The notes under the pieces: model-generated | Told to the model about the DNA's origin: nothing | The model's database searches: none | The model's input: only the letters and a program-made list of their open reading frames with translations | Program-made: the position numbers and the translations under genes | DNA from: Terrimicrobiaceae bacterium | GTDB taxonomy: Bacteria; Verrucomicrobiota; Verrucomicrobiia; Chthoniobacterales; Terrimicrobiaceae | NCBI GenBank assembly: GCA_041752695.1 | Contig: JBGSVZ010000043.1 | Coordinates: forward strand, 41,045 to 105,044 | Length of the DNA: 64,000 nt | Direction: 5' to 3' | In this document: piece by piece, positions 1-11,176 of the stretch | How the letters are laid out: the number at the start of each line of letters is the position of its first letter | How positions within the stretch are numbered: position 1 is the stretch's first letter

Positions 1-1
1 C

Positions 2-2350
2 TACCTGAAAAGCCTCGGCATGAACTGGCTCTGGTTCCAGCCGATTCACCCGAATGGCATCGACGGACGTGAGGTGTTCAATGGCTCGCCTTATGATCCA
101 GGAAGCCCGTATGCCGTGAAAAACTTTTTTGCGGTCAATGAACTGATGACCGTGAATTATAGCGGCGGCAACTCTCTCGATCAAAATCGGGCCGCGGCCA
201 TGACCGCCTGGCAGAACTTTGTCAGCGCGGCCGATGCCAAGGAGGTCGGGATCATGCTGGATGCCCCTTTCAACCACACCGCGTTCGATGTCGAATTGGC
301 CCAGCAGGGCGTGAACCTTTTCCAGCGTGACGGCGAAACTTGGTCGCCGCTCGATCAAATCCGAAACCGGGATGCCCGGTTTTTTTCTCAGAATGGAAAC
401 TATGCTAATCGTGCCTCGTCCGCCGCTAATATTGCCGCGGGCCCCGATCGATTTGATTTCGGAAAATGGAACGATGTGAAGGATGTCTTTTTTGGCCGTT
501 ACGATGCCCTGGTGGAAGTCGACTCCGAGCCGGAACGTTCGAGCTATAAGAGCGAGGGCGACTGGCTCGACACCAGTGATTCCGATTGGACCGCGGCGGA
601 TTTCACCCAGGGTGGCCAGTCGTGGAATCTGACCCGCCGGGTTTGGGACTATTTCGCAGAGTATGCCGTCCATTGGCTGGAGAAAACCCGCCCGGCCGGG
701 CAAAACCGCAACAGCGCTACCGAAGCGGGACTCTCGCTTTCCCAGCGCTACGATTGGGACGCCCGTGGGATCGACGGCCTGCGATGCGACTTTGGCCAGG
801 GACTGCCCCCCCAAGCCTGGGAATACATGATCAACGTGGCGCGGAGTTACAAATGGAACTTTGTCATGATGAGCGAATCGCTGGACGGCGGCGAGGTCAC
901 CTATCGCTCCAATCGGCACTTTGATATCCTTAACGAGAACATCGTGTTTCCCCTCAAAAGTGCGACAAGCAAGACCGATTATCGGAATATCTTCGAGGGG
1001 CGCCGCACCGCCTACGGCCAGGGACTGGTTCTTCTCAATAACACCTCGCACGACGAGGCTTCGTTCACTGATCCATGGGAGGCCGTGGTCCGCTCCGCCG
1101 CCACCGGGATGATCGATGGTTCCACCATGATATTTCCCGGACAGGAACTCGGCATCGCGGAAACGTTTGGCTACAGCCATTACGAATTGAATTTCGGAAA
1201 AAATGTTCCGCATTTCAAACGGTGGAATTCGATGAAGCCGATCTGGGACGATACGAATTTTGGAAACGACCAACTCTTTCCGGTCTATGCGGGAATCCAA
1301 AGTGCCCGTGCTTCCAGCCCGGCGCTGAGATCCTCCAATCGCTGGTTTCTTGATGGGGATGGCAACAACTCGAAGATCTTTTCCGTCGCGAAATATGAAC
1401 GGGTGGGCGTATCCCCGGCCGTGCAGGATGTGGTCCTCGCCTTCGCCAATATCGACCGCAATAACAGTCAGGCGGACAATTTTAAAATCCCCGCGGGTCT
1501 CGCCACGAACCTGGGACTTAAGGACGGCCGCACTTACAATGTCAAGAATATTGCCGCCTACGAGAACGCCGTCAATGGGATGACGGGGCGTCGGAACGTC
1601 TGGTTATGGGGCTCCGGCTACACCGGCGCGCAGCTGAAATCGGCGGGATTTTTCCTCTCGATGAACAAAGTGCCCACAATGAACTCAAGCGCGGTGGGAA
1701 CAGACCCCGCCTGGAATCAACGCCCCTATGAGGCTCAGTACCTTAGGGTTTATGATGTCAGTTTGCTGCCTGCGCCTGCTTCCTCACCGACCGTGGCGGC
1801 GTATGCGCTTGACGGGTCAGTCACCTTCACCTGGCCGCCCGTAGCCGATCCCGAGGGTCTGCTCCCCATCTACCGTCTCACGGTAACCCGAAGCGACAGT
1901 GTGGTGCAAAGTTTCGAAACGACTTTGACCAGTTACACCGTGACGGGTCTTCCCTCCGGTGTCACCGCCACGGGTTCGGTCGTGACCCTCAATCCCAACA
2001 ATGTCGGCGTGGCTTCCAGCGCGACATCCTCCAGCAGCCCCACGCTCTCCCTCACGTCGGCTGGGGATAACGACGGCGACGGGATGAATAACGCCTCCGA
2101 AATCACCGCCGGCACCAGCCCGGTGGACCCAGCTTCGCTTCTCCGCATCATTTCCGTGGGCTCGGAAGTCGGCGGCGGCACCACCATTACTTGGGAGGCA
2201 ATCCCTGGAAAAATTTATCGCGTCGAGGCGACCGGGAACCTCGTGACCGGTCCTTGGACGTCGATCGCGACCAATTTGACGACAGGAACCTACACGGATT
2301 CGAACCCCGGTCCGGGTAACAAATTCTACCGCGTCAAAACGGGTCCTTGA
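2..2350 (+). CDS. GH13 alpha-amylase-family protein, 5'-partial, with FN3-like domain and verrucomicrobial-type C-terminal domain
   Basis: Frame is open from the window edge (YLKSLGMNWLWFQPIHP). GH13 motifs GSPYAVKNF, IDGLRCDFG, SES and SHDE; C-terminal DNDGDGMNNASEITAGTSP...FYRV. Confidence 0.85.
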   Translation, partial: YLKSLGMNWLWFQPIHPNGIDGREVFNGSPYDPGSPYAVKNFFAVNELMTVNYSGGNSLDQNRAAAMTAWQNFVSAADAKEVGIMLDAPFNHTAFDVELAQQGVNLFQRDGETWSPLDQIRNRDARFFSQNGNYANRASSAANIAAGPDRFDFGKWNDVKDVFFGRYDALVEVDSEPERSSYKSEGDWLDTSDSDWTAADFTQGGQSWNLTRRVWDYFAEYAVHWLEKTRPAGQNRNSATEAGLSLSQRYDWDARGIDGLRCDFGQGLPPQAWEYMINVARSYKWNFVMMSESLDGGEVTYRSNRHFDILNENIVFPLKSATSKTDYRNIFEGRRTAYGQGLVLLNNTSHDEASFTDPWEAVVRSAATGMIDGSTMIFPGQELGIAETFGYSHYELNFGKNVPHFKRWNSMKPIWDDTNFGNDQLFPVYAGIQSARASSPALRSSNRWFLDGDGNNSKIFSVAKYERVGVSPAVQDVVLAFANIDRNNSQADNFKIPAGLATNLGLKDGRTYNVKNIAAYENAVNGMTGRRNVWLWGSGYTGAQLKSAGFFLSMNKVPTMNSSAVGTDPAWNQRPYEAQYLRVYDVSLLPAPASSPTVAAYALDGSVTFTWPPVADPEGLLPIYRLTVTRSDSVVQSFETTLTSYTVTGLPSGVTATGSVVTLNPNNVGVASSATSSSSPTLSLTSAGDNDGDGMNNASEITAGTSPVDPASLLRIISVGSEVGGGTTITWEAIPGKIYRVEATGNLVTGPWTSIATNLTTGTYTDSNPGPGNKFYRVKTGP

Positions 2351-2417
2351 TCGGTTCAATAAAAAGGATTTCGACAGGAGCTTTCGGACTCCTAGGCTGA
2401 TGGCGGTTCTTCCCAGT

Positions 2418-3215
2418 ATGAAAAAATTGTCCTCCTCTGTTTTTTTGGTGTTCGTCGGAGTTTGCAGCGCGATGAGTTCAGATCGCGTGAATCTGGCGGA
2501 AGATGACGCTGCTCACAGCGCGTATAACGGGGGATGGGAGTCGGGAAAAAACGCGGGTTCCGGTTTTGGGGCCTGGCAGTTTCAATCGCAGGGTGGGGGA
2601 GTCAACGACAGTCATGTCGGGTATTTCCTCGCCTCTGCTGGAAGCCAGGGCGACATCGAGGGGGTTGCCCCGGCGGGCAAGGCTTTTGGGATGTATGCCA
2701 ACGGGGTTACTTTTGAAGTTGCCTGTGCGTTCCGGACACTGGCTGCGCCCCTGGCCGTCGGGGATGCGTTCTCGCTGATGATGGAGAGCAGCGATTTCAT
2801 TAAGAAATTTGAATCGGACGACCCCCGTCCTGGAGTGGTCGGATTTTCGCTTCGCAACGGAACGTCCGCCGAGACCCCGGATGATTTTCAGATCAACGCG
2901 CGGATGCAGTTCGGGTATTACGAGGGAGAGCCCAACTACCAAGTCTATGATGGCGAGGAGGATCACGACACCGGCGTTCCGGTCAACGACAAGGGCGTGG
3001 CCGTAACGGTGACCTTGGTTTCGCCAGACACCTACGATCTGGAGATCACGCAACTGGAGACCAAGGAAACCAAAAAGCTCCCCGGAAGGAAGTTGGCTGG
3101 TGACGCCGGATCCCTGATCGAAAGTTTCGCCATTTTTAATCAGGACGCCGAAACGGGCGACGCCTATTTTAATGGGTTTCAGGTGTCCCGTTCGGCAGAT
3201 TCGATCCCGCGTTAA
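2418..3215 (+). CDS. Secreted hypothetical protein (acidic, beta-rich, possibly carbohydrate-binding)
   Basis: Signal-peptide-like N-terminus MKKLSSSVFLVFVGVCSA; lies between GH13 genes on the same strand. Confidence 0.7.
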   Translation: MKKLSSSVFLVFVGVCSAMSSDRVNLAEDDAAHSAYNGGWESGKNAGSGFGAWQFQSQGGGVNDSHVGYFLASAGSQGDIEGVAPAGKAFGMYANGVTFEVACAFRTLAAPLAVGDAFSLMMESSDFIKKFESDDPRPGVVGFSLRNGTSAETPDDFQINARMQFGYYEGEPNYQVYDGEEDHDTGVPVNDKGVAVTVTLVSPDTYDLEITQLETKETKKLPGRKLAGDAGSLIESFAIFNQDAETGDAYFNGFQVSRSADSIPR

Positions 3216-3232
3216 TTGTTTTCATCCATCCG

Positions 3233-5806
3233 ATGAACCCATTTTCCCGGCGTCATTTGAACTGTCCAAATTTCCGGGTGGCCTGCGATGCTCGAAGCGG
3301 GGAAGCTCCGCTACTGATCGGATTTCGCGCTCTGACACTCTCCGTGGGGCTCTCCGTTTTTTTTCTCCCGGTCGCCGTGTGTGCAACGGCCCTGGACGCC
3401 TACCGGGGTGCGGGACAGGATGGGGTCACCTATCAGGTTCGTCTTGGCGAGGCCGCCACGGAAGTCGTCGTGACGGGCACCAGCCTGGCAGACGATTCAT
3501 TCTTCGTGGCGCTGGCCTCTCCGGATCACACGGGGTCACTGATTGTTCCGTTTGAAAAAGGGCGGGAAGGTTCAACGGTTTTTTTGCCCTTCAAGGCCGG
3601 GACAATTCTTTTGACCGGTCCGAGCGGAAATTTTCTCCGTCGCTGGGAGGGCACGCAGTGGGGTGACCTCCGGCCTGCGGGTCGGGATTTCACCGTCACG
3701 CGCTCGCCAGGTCAACTTGCGCTGACGATTCCGGCCGTGCTCGCCGGGCCGGCCAAAACTTTTAAAATGGCAGCGTACTTCAAGGATCTGTCGGACAGCG
3801 GGGGCTGGGGCTGGCTTTACGGGGCGGTCGATCCAGCCGACGCGAGCGGACCCGGCGACATCGTGCTGCGCGGTTATGTCGGGGCGCAAACCTCCGGGGG
3901 CGGACTGACGCTGCAGAACCGGGGAAATGCCGCAAAGGTTCGCATTTACCAACTCTTGCCCCGGATCTTTGGCAATACGAACGAGACGCGGAAACCTAAT
4001 GGAACGCTGGAGGAAAATGGTTCGGGGAGATTCAGCGATCTGAATGAAACTTCGCTGGTAGCGATCAAGGGCCTCGGTTTCACCCACGTCTGGCCAACGG
4101 GAGTTTTGCAGCAGGCGACGGCCACCGACTACTCGGGGATTGGCGAGCCAGCGGACGATCCGGATCTTTTGAAAGGCCTGGCCGGCAGCCCCTATGCGAT
4201 CAAGGACTATTTCGACGTCAGTCCCGATTACGCGGACGATCCCGCGCGTCGGCTGGAGGAGTTTCAAGCCATGGTCGGCCGGGTCCATCAGGCGGGGCTT
4301 AAGGTCATCATGGACTTCGTGCCGAATCATGTCGCCCGCAGTCATCAATCCTCCATCCGGCCGGGACTGAGTTTTGGGGCCGAGGACGACAGGACAAAAT
4401 TTTTTCGGGCGGATAATAATTTTTTCTGGCTAACCCCGGAGGCAAAGCCATTTGGTAAAGGTCCGCCATTGAGGCTTCCGACGGTGGATGCGCAGGGCAA
4501 CCCGACCAGTCCCACCTGCAAAGTGGCCAAGGCCCCGAGCGACGGACTTTTCGCCCCGGAGGCCGAGCACGGCCGTGTGACGGGGAGCAACCTCGCAAGT
4601 TGGGAACCGGACGCCGGCAGTTGGTATGAAACGGTGAAACTTAACTACGGGTTTGATTTTTCCGATCCCACCAAGCAAACCCGCGCCTATCCCCATGGCG
4701 CAAAAAGCGACGTGCCGAACCCCGACACCTGGCGGAAGATGGATGAGATCATTGCCTACTGGCAGGATTTCGGGGTGGATGGGTTTCGGGTGGACATGGC
4801 CCATATGGTTCCGCCGGAGTTCTGGCATTGGATGATTGCCCGGGCGCGGACGCGCAATCCCGCGGTGTTTTTTGCCGCTGAGGCTTATGATACGGACCCG
4901 GCCAAAGTTCCCGCCGGGGACCCGCTGGTGGCGCAGGTCGGAGGTGGCAACGTCATGTTCGATCTGCTGAACGCCGGATTCGACGCGGTCTATGATGACG
5001 CGACCTATGACAAGGTGAAGGAAATCTATGAAGGTAAAGCCTGGGCGAACGACCTCGACGCGATCACGGCGAGGCAGGTTGTTTTCGATAATTCCTTGCG
5101 CTATGCGGAAAACCACGACGAGGTTCGCTTGGCGGCGAAAGATCAGTGGGACGGCATCGGCATGGAAGTAGGCCGCCCCGTCACGGCGCTCCTCTTCGGC
5201 CTTTCGAGGGGTCCGGCCATGCTCTACAGCGGACAAGAGGTCGGTGAACCGGCCGACGGGGCGGAGGGTTTCGGCGAGGATGACGCCCGGACTTCGATCT
5301 TCGACTATTGGGCGATGCCGGAGTTTGCCAAATGGGTAAATGGGAAAAAATTCGACGGAGGACGCCTGTCGTCGGCACAGGGTGATCTGCGCAGTTTCTA
5401 TGGACAGCTCCTAACCGTGATCGGTGAGCCGGCCTTTCATCAGGGTGGTTTCTTCCCCCTTAATCCTGCCAATGCCGAAAATCCCTCCTTCGGTCGTGTT
5501 CCGGGCGAAAATGCGAGTGGTCACTGGCTCTATAGTTTTCTGCGTCGTGACCCGGCCTCCGGTCAGAAGTTTCTTGTTGTGATCAATCTGCATCGGAGCC
5601 TGCCTTTCGATAATGTGCGGATCACCCTCCCTCCAGCCGCCCTTGATTTTCTGGGCCTTCAGGAAACCTCGAAAATCAAACTGACCGAAAAGCTTGGCAC
5701 CGCGGCGACGATCGAAACGACGGCGGCATCGGGTCGGGGCGAAGGGGTTCCGGTGGGCAAAATTTCACCCCTGACTCCGCTGTTTTTTGAAGTTACCAAC
5801 TTATGA
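3233..5806 (+). CDS. GH13 alpha-amylase-family glycosyl hydrolase
   Basis: GSPYAIKDYFDV, DFVPNH, VDGFRVDMAH, AEAY and ENHDE motifs; start codon uncertain. Confidence 0.88.
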   Translation: MNPFSRRHLNCPNFRVACDARSGEAPLLIGFRALTLSVGLSVFFLPVAVCATALDAYRGAGQDGVTYQVRLGEAATEVVVTGTSLADDSFFVALASPDHTGSLIVPFEKGREGSTVFLPFKAGTILLTGPSGNFLRRWEGTQWGDLRPAGRDFTVTRSPGQLALTIPAVLAGPAKTFKMAAYFKDLSDSGGWGWLYGAVDPADASGPGDIVLRGYVGAQTSGGGLTLQNRGNAAKVRIYQLLPRIFGNTNETRKPNGTLEENGSGRFSDLNETSLVAIKGLGFTHVWPTGVLQQATATDYSGIGEPADDPDLLKGLAGSPYAIKDYFDVSPDYADDPARRLEEFQAMVGRVHQAGLKVIMDFVPNHVARSHQSSIRPGLSFGAEDDRTKFFRADNNFFWLTPEAKPFGKGPPLRLPTVDAQGNPTSPTCKVAKAPSDGLFAPEAEHGRVTGSNLASWEPDAGSWYETVKLNYGFDFSDPTKQTRAYPHGAKSDVPNPDTWRKMDEIIAYWQDFGVDGFRVDMAHMVPPEFWHWMIARARTRNPAVFFAAEAYDTDPAKVPAGDPLVAQVGGGNVMFDLLNAGFDAVYDDATYDKVKEIYEGKAWANDLDAITARQVVFDNSLRYAENHDEVRLAAKDQWDGIGMEVGRPVTALLFGLSRGPAMLYSGQEVGEPADGAEGFGEDDARTSIFDYWAMPEFAKWVNGKKFDGGRLSSAQGDLRSFYGQLLTVIGEPAFHQGGFFPLNPANAENPSFGRVPGENASGHWLYSFLRRDPASGQKFLVVINLHRSLPFDNVRITLPPAALDFLGLQETSKIKLTEKLGTAATIETTAASGRGEGVPVGKISPLTPLFFEVTNL

Positions 5807-8007
5807 AATCCTCCCCTCGTCCGATGAGAAATGCGCAAGGCGGGACGGGCTGGCTTCGAAAACTTAGGGTCTTTTTCGCTTTCGGCAGTTTGGTGTTCGG
5901 ACTGGGCGCTCTTCGGGCCGCCGAGGTTTCGGGATTCCTGGGTTGGATCCCCGTGCAGTATGCCCCGGCCGGATCCACTTTGACTCTGGATATGCACCGC
6001 TTTTTTCACCCGGCGGCGGGTGAGACCTTGCGGGTCTTCCCGGCACTCGGTGACGAGTATCAAGTGAGTTTTGACGCCGACCGGTTTGAGGTGAAGGTGA
6101 CGGTCGGGTCGAAGACCAAGGGCCTTTTAGACATCCCTCTTGCGGTGGGGTCAGGCCAGGAATTGTCCGGTCGTACGGGAGTCCTGACCATCGCGGTGGA
6201 GGCACCGGGCGCTCCGGCGGGGTCCGACATTCCGTCAGTTTACGCGGCCACACAAACTTCCGAAGAGTTGACCTTTCAAATCATTCCGGCCGCCGGGATT
6301 GCCATCAGCGGGCTCTCTGCGGTGCTCGAAGTGCCAGACGGTTCCAGTCGCACCGTGCCGTTCAAGCGCGACTCTAATATGGTGAGAGTTTCCACGGGGA
6401 GTGCTCCCGATGGTTCGTGGGTTCGCCTGGCCGTGTCCGACGAACGGGGCCGCGTCAGTCGTGCGATTCGGGCTCAGGTCCGGCCGAAGAAGGAGTTTCA
6501 GTGGCAGGATGGGATCATCTATTACGCGTTTACCGACCGGTTTGCGAACGGGAGCCCCGCCAATGATCGAGCCGTGGAGGACGCCGCTGTCCTGCCGCAG
6601 GCTAATTACTTTGGGGGTGATTTTTCTGGCATTCAAAAAAGGATCGAAGACGGCTATTTTCAAAAGCTCGGGGTCAACGTTCTCTGGCTCGCGCCGCTCA
6701 ATCGTAACCCGGATGGGGCGTGGACAGAATATCTTCCGCCTTATCGTTCCTACACGGGATATCACGGCTATTGGCCGGTTTCGCATACCGAAGTCGAACC
6801 TCGTTTCGGTGGGAATCAGGGGCTGAAAGATTTGGTTGGCACCGCCCAGAAGAGCGGCATCAAAATTATCGCCGATCTAGTGCTGAAACACGTCCATGTG
6901 GAACATCCTCTGTGGAAAGAACAGCCGGAATGGTTCGGCAGTCTGACCCTTCCGGATGGGAAGAAAAACCTTCGTTTATGGGATGAGCAACAGTTCACGA
7001 CCTGGTTCGAGGAGTGGCTGCCTGGGTTCGATTTTGACAAGCCCGAACCAGTCGCATTTCTCCTCGGGAATGCCCGGTATTGGATTGAGGAATTCGGACT
7101 TGATGGATACCGGCTCGACGCGGTGAAGCATATCAAATATTCGTTCTGGCCGAAGTTCCGTACGACGATGCGCGAGTTGCAGGAACGGGACGCTCTGGCC
7201 CCGATGTACTTTGTGGGGGAGACCTTCATGGACCGTCCGGGGATCATGTCGTTTGTCGGACCGAATATGCTCGACGGGCAGTTTGATTTCCCGCTTTACG
7301 ACACCCTCATGGAGGTCTTTGCCAAAGGCACGCAGGGTTTTGCGGCACTCGAAAAATCGCTCTCCGAGTCCGAGACCATCTACGGCAAGGAAACCCTCAT
7401 GTCACCGCTCATTGGGAACCACGACAAGTCCCGCTTCATGGCTTTCGCCGATGGGGATCTTCCCAAATCCGAAAAGGACGATGAGGAGGAAATTGGCTGG
7501 GCCGATCCTCCCCGGGTGGACAAGCCGGTTTCCTACGAAAAGCTCAAACTCGCCCTGGGATTTATTCTCAGCATCGATGGCGTGCCGATGATCTATTACG
7601 GCGACGAAGTCGGGCTCACCGGGGCGGGTGATCCAGACAATCGAAGGATGATGCCTGCCGAATCCGAGCTCGCGGCCGAGCAACGCCGGGTGCGCGAGTA
7701 TTTGGGAAAAGTTGCCGCCCTGCGTTCCGCTCACCCCGCCCTCCGCTACGGAAACCGCCGACTCCTTGTCGCTGATGACACCCGCTATGCGTTTGTGCGG
7801 CGTCACTTTGAGGACCAGGTGCTGGCCGTCTGGAACAAAGGAAGTGGCGAAGCCCGTTTTGAGATTTTCGTCGGCCCGGAACTTCCTGATGGTCGCTACA
7901 CCGACGCTCTTAGCGGGTTATCCATCGCCGTTGAGGAGGGACGCACGGAGTTCACTCTAGGTTCGATGGAGTCCGCTTTCTTTACTGCCGAGCGACCCAA
8001 ACCCTGA
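5803..8007 (+). CDS. GH13 alpha-amylase / neopullulanase-like hydrolase
   Basis: DRFANG, GGDFSGI, YHGYW, LDGYRLDAVKH, GETF, GNHDKSR, YYGDEVG and DPDNRR motifs; ATGA overlap with the upstream gene. Confidence 0.9.
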   Translation: MKSSPRPMRNAQGGTGWLRKLRVFFAFGSLVFGLGALRAAEVSGFLGWIPVQYAPAGSTLTLDMHRFFHPAAGETLRVFPALGDEYQVSFDADRFEVKVTVGSKTKGLLDIPLAVGSGQELSGRTGVLTIAVEAPGAPAGSDIPSVYAATQTSEELTFQIIPAAGIAISGLSAVLEVPDGSSRTVPFKRDSNMVRVSTGSAPDGSWVRLAVSDERGRVSRAIRAQVRPKKEFQWQDGIIYYAFTDRFANGSPANDRAVEDAAVLPQANYFGGDFSGIQKRIEDGYFQKLGVNVLWLAPLNRNPDGAWTEYLPPYRSYTGYHGYWPVSHTEVEPRFGGNQGLKDLVGTAQKSGIKIIADLVLKHVHVEHPLWKEQPEWFGSLTLPDGKKNLRLWDEQQFTTWFEEWLPGFDFDKPEPVAFLLGNARYWIEEFGLDGYRLDAVKHIKYSFWPKFRTTMRELQERDALAPMYFVGETFMDRPGIMSFVGPNMLDGQFDFPLYDTLMEVFAKGTQGFAALEKSLSESETIYGKETLMSPLIGNHDKSRFMAFADGDLPKSEKDDEEEIGWADPPRVDKPVSYEKLKLALGFILSIDGVPMIYYGDEVGLTGAGDPDNRRMMPAESELAAEQRRVREYLGKVAALRSAHPALRYGNRRLLVADDTRYAFVRRHFEDQVLAVWNKGSGEARFEIFVGPELPDGRYTDALSGLSIAVEEGRTEFTLGSMESAFFTAERPKP

Positions 8008-8029
8008 GCGTGGGCTATCGGAAGGCGGT

Positions 8030-11000
8030 CTACATCCAGCGGGCGAGGGCCGCGGCGAGATCGTCGACCTGGAGGGGTTTGGAAAGGTAGTCGTCCATCC
8101 CCGCCGCGAGGCATTTTTCGCGGTCGTCGGGCATGACGTTGGCGGTGAAAGCAATGATGGGCGTGCGTATGGTTTCGCTTTCGCGAATGCGACGGGTGGC
8201 TTCGAGTCCGTCCATCGTTGGCATCTGGACATCCATGATGATGGCGGCAAAGCGTTTTTCGTGACAGAGTTGGACGGCTTTGGCCCCGCCCTCGGCTGCT
8301 TCGACCTCGAGGCCAAGTTTGGCCATTTGGAGGAGGCAGAGCCGGCGATTGACCGCGTCGTCGTCTACCACGAGGACGCGCCGGCCGGCGAAGCGACTGA
8401 GGTCGGTGGTGCGGCGGGGGAGAAAGTCCAAAGCCTGCAGGACGCGGCCTTCGCCCACGACAACGGTGACGGTGAAGATACTGCCCTTTCCGGGCGAGCT
8501 TGTGACGGTGATGTCGCCGCCCATCAGGCGGGCGAGACGTTGGGAAATGGGGAGGCCAAGGCCGGTGCCCCCGTGTTTGCGAGACGCCGAGAGGTCGGTC
8601 TGGTAAAATGGTTCGAAGACCCGCTGGAGCGAGTCGCGCGGTATGCCGAGGCCGGTGTCGGTGATGATGAGGTGGAGTGTCCAACGGCCGTCGGGCGCTG
8701 GGGTCGCGGAGGCATCGAGCCAGACCCGTCCAAGGGAGGTGAACTTGACTGCGTTGCCCAGGAGGTTTGTCAGGATCTGGCCGAGGCGGGTGCGGTCGGT
8801 TTCGATGGCCTCGGGTACGCCCGGGGCGATCTCCCATCCATATTCGAGCCGCTTCTCGTTGGCCCGGGGCCGGAGGAGGATGGTAATTTCTTGAAGAAAG
8901 TTGCGGAGGGAGAAGGAAGAGTTTTTTAACTCGATTTGTCCGCTTTCGACTTTAGAGAGGTCGAGGATGTCATTGATGAGGTGGAGCAGGTTATTGCCGC
9001 TGGCTTCGATGGTCTCGACATAATCCCGTTGCTGAGGGGTGAGGGCGCCTTCTTTGAGGAGAGCGGTGAAGCCGAGTACTCCATTCATGGGGGTGCGAAT
9101 CTCGTGGCTCATCATAGCGAGTAATTCGCTCTTGGCGCGGTCGGCCGCGAGGGCGGATTCAACCGCGCGTTTCTGGGGGGTGACGTCAATCTCGATACCC
9201 ACCACGCGGATGGGTTTCCCTTTTTCATCCCGGATGATCACGGCACTGGTCTGGGTGTGTCTCTGGTCGCCATCGGGAAGAATGAGACGGCATTCCACTT
9301 CGTACGATGTGGCGTCGGAGGCCAGGCAGCGTCGGAATTCTTCGCGAATGCGCTGTCGGTCATCGGGGTGAACGAGGTCGAGGGAGCTGCTGGTGTTGGG
9401 ATCGAAAGTGGCGGGGTCCACCTTTTTCAAGCGGTACATCACGGCATTCCAGACGATCTTCTTTGCGGGCACGTCGAAGTCCCAAGTGCCAACGCCGCCT
9501 GCGTGGGTGGCGAGTTGAAGGCGTTGTTCGTTGAGGCGGATGCGTTCTTCGCGTTCCCTTTCCTCAGTGATGTCGCGCACGGTGCCGAGCATGATGACGG
9601 AACGGGTGTCTTTTTCGTCGTGGAGAATAATGGCATCCTCATGGACGAGGCGAATGCTACCATCGGGCCGGATGATGCGGTGGTCGATGGAGTAGCGGGC
9701 GCGCTGGGTAATGGCGTGATCCATGGCCGAGCGAACATTTTCGCGGTCGTCGGGATGGACGCACTGGAAGAAAAATTCGTTGGTCAGGGTGACCGTGCCG
9801 GGTTCGAAACCGAAGACCCGGTAGCATTCGTCGCTCCAGCTCTGGGTTTTCCGTTCGACCCCGCGAATGTCGGCGAGTTCCAGCTCCCAACTGCCCATGC
9901 CGGAGACGGTTTGGGCGGCTTTGAGGCCGGCTTCGCTTTTGCGGAGGGATTCCTCGGCTTTTTTCCGCCACGTGACATCGGTGATGAAGCCATTCCAGAG
10001 GGTCGAGCCATCTGGGAGACGCTGGACGTGCGAGATGGCGAAAAGCCACCGTTCGCCGGTTTTGGGGAGAAGGACGCGGAATTCTTCGCGCAACTCTCCC
10101 GGATTCCAGGCCGCAGAGCCCATAGCGCGGAGGAGGCGTTTGCGGTCGCGGGGGTGAATGCGGGCGAAAGCGGGCCGGGGTGAGGGGATGAGGGCGGCGG
10201 GCTCAAGCTCGAAAGTCCAACGGGCGGCGTCGCTGACATAGGTGGTGACAACCTTCCCGCGGGGGGAAACGCGGGCCTGATAGAGCAGGCCGGGTAGGAC
10301 GGAGGTGATATTGCGAAAAAATTCCCGGTCCTCGGGCCGCATCAGCCGGGCGCGGGCTTCCCGGCGGCGGAGCCAGTAGATCACAAGGCCGCCGACGACT
10401 GCCATAATGGCGGAAAGGGAGACGGCGACGGCGTAGGCGGAACGCAGGACGGCGAGGCGCTCGTTGACGCTGCGGGCGCTGATGGACGCCACGATGAAAT
10501 CGCCCTGCCAGCCAAATGGAGCAATGACGCCGAGGCCTTCTTGGCCGGTTTCGGGTTTGGTCATTTTTTGCGGCATGCGCCCAAGGATCGCGGCGCCAAG
10601 GTCCTTCTGAAGTTCGGGAGAAAGATCCATTGGTCGGCCAACGGTTGACGGGAGAAAAGGCTCCGGGCGCTGAGGCAGAGTTTCCAAGATAACCTTGCAC
10701 GTGCCGTCGTCGGCGAAGCGTCCGGAATAGAGATCGTCAAGTGTCCTGTGCACGTCGCGCAACGACTGGAGGATGTCGAGCGAGCGCAGGTGTTCGGGGG
10801 AACCGGTCTGGTTAGGTGAGGAGAGTCGGGCATGCGCCTCGGCGTCGAGCCAGCGGGCGGCGAGTTTGGCATGGGCACGGAGCTGGTCGTGGAGGGCCTC
10901 GATGCGCTCCGAACGGGCAATCCGGAAAAGGGCGGTGTTTGCCAGTACGGAAACGAGGAAAAGAATGACCACGCCAACAATGGCATCGCGCACGCAGCGT

Positions 11001-11065
11001 CCGGACGGCAGGGACAGCACGTTCCCGGAGTCCTCCTCCGCATCGGCTGGCAATTGGTGTTTCAA
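8030..11065 (-). CDS. Hybrid sensor histidine kinase (TM, three PAS/PAC, HisKA, HATPase, REC)
   Basis: [12 protein letters not shown]-box, [23 protein letters not shown], receiver VDDD...MDVQMP...LSKP; three HPxDR PAS repeats. Confidence 0.93.
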   Translation of the reverse strand: MKHQLPADAEEDSGNVLSLPSGRCVRDAIVGVVILFLVSVLANTALFRIARSERIEALHDQLRAHAKLAARWLDAEAHARLSSPNQTGSPEHLRSLDILQSLRDVHRTLDDLYSGRFADDGTCKVILETLPQRPEPFLPSTVGRPMDLSPELQKDLGAAILGRMPQKMTKPETGQEGLGVIAPFGWQGDFIVASISARSVNERLAVLRSAYAVAVSLSAIMAVVGGLVIYWLRRREARARLMRPEDREFFRNITSVLPGLLYQARVSPRGKVVTTYVSDAARWTFELEPAALIPSPRPAFARIHPRDRKRLLRAMGSAAWNPGELREEFRVLLPKTGERWLFAISHVQRLPDGSTLWNGFITDVTWRKKAEESLRKSEAGLKAAQTVSGMGSWELELADIRGVERKTQSWSDECYRVFGFEPGTVTLTNEFFFQCVHPDDRENVRSAMDHAITQRARYSIDHRIIRPDGSIRLVHEDAIILHDEKDTRSVIMLGTVRDITEEREREERIRLNEQRLQLATHAGGVGTWDFDVPAKKIVWNAVMYRLKKVDPATFDPNTSSSLDLVHPDDRQRIREEFRRCLASDATSYEVECRLILPDGDQRHTQTSAVIIRDEKGKPIRVVGIEIDVTPQKRAVESALAADRAKSELLAMMSHEIRTPMNGVLGFTALLKEGALTPQQRDYVETIEASGNNLLHLINDILDLSKVESGQIELKNSSFSLRNFLQEITILLRPRANEKRLEYGWEIAPGVPEAIETDRTRLGQILTNLLGNAVKFTSLGRVWLDASATPAPDGRWTLHLIITDTGLGIPRDSLQRVFEPFYQTDLSASRKHGGTGLGLPISQRLARLMGGDITVTSSPGKGSIFTVTVVVGEGRVLQALDFLPRRTTDLSRFAGRRVLVVDDDAVNRRLCLLQMAKLGLEVEAAEGGAKAVQLCHEKRFAAIIMDVQMPTMDGLEATRRIRESETIRTPIIAFTANVMPDDREKCLAAGMDDYLSKPLQVDDLAAALARWM

Positions 11066-11176
11066 TAGTGGCCCCGTTTTCCCTAGGCGGAAAGCAGCCC
11101 GGCGTCGAGCCAGTTTGCAAATGGTTTCGTAGGCGCGAAACCAGGTCGGTGCGGCGCCGATTGACGAACCGCTGGT

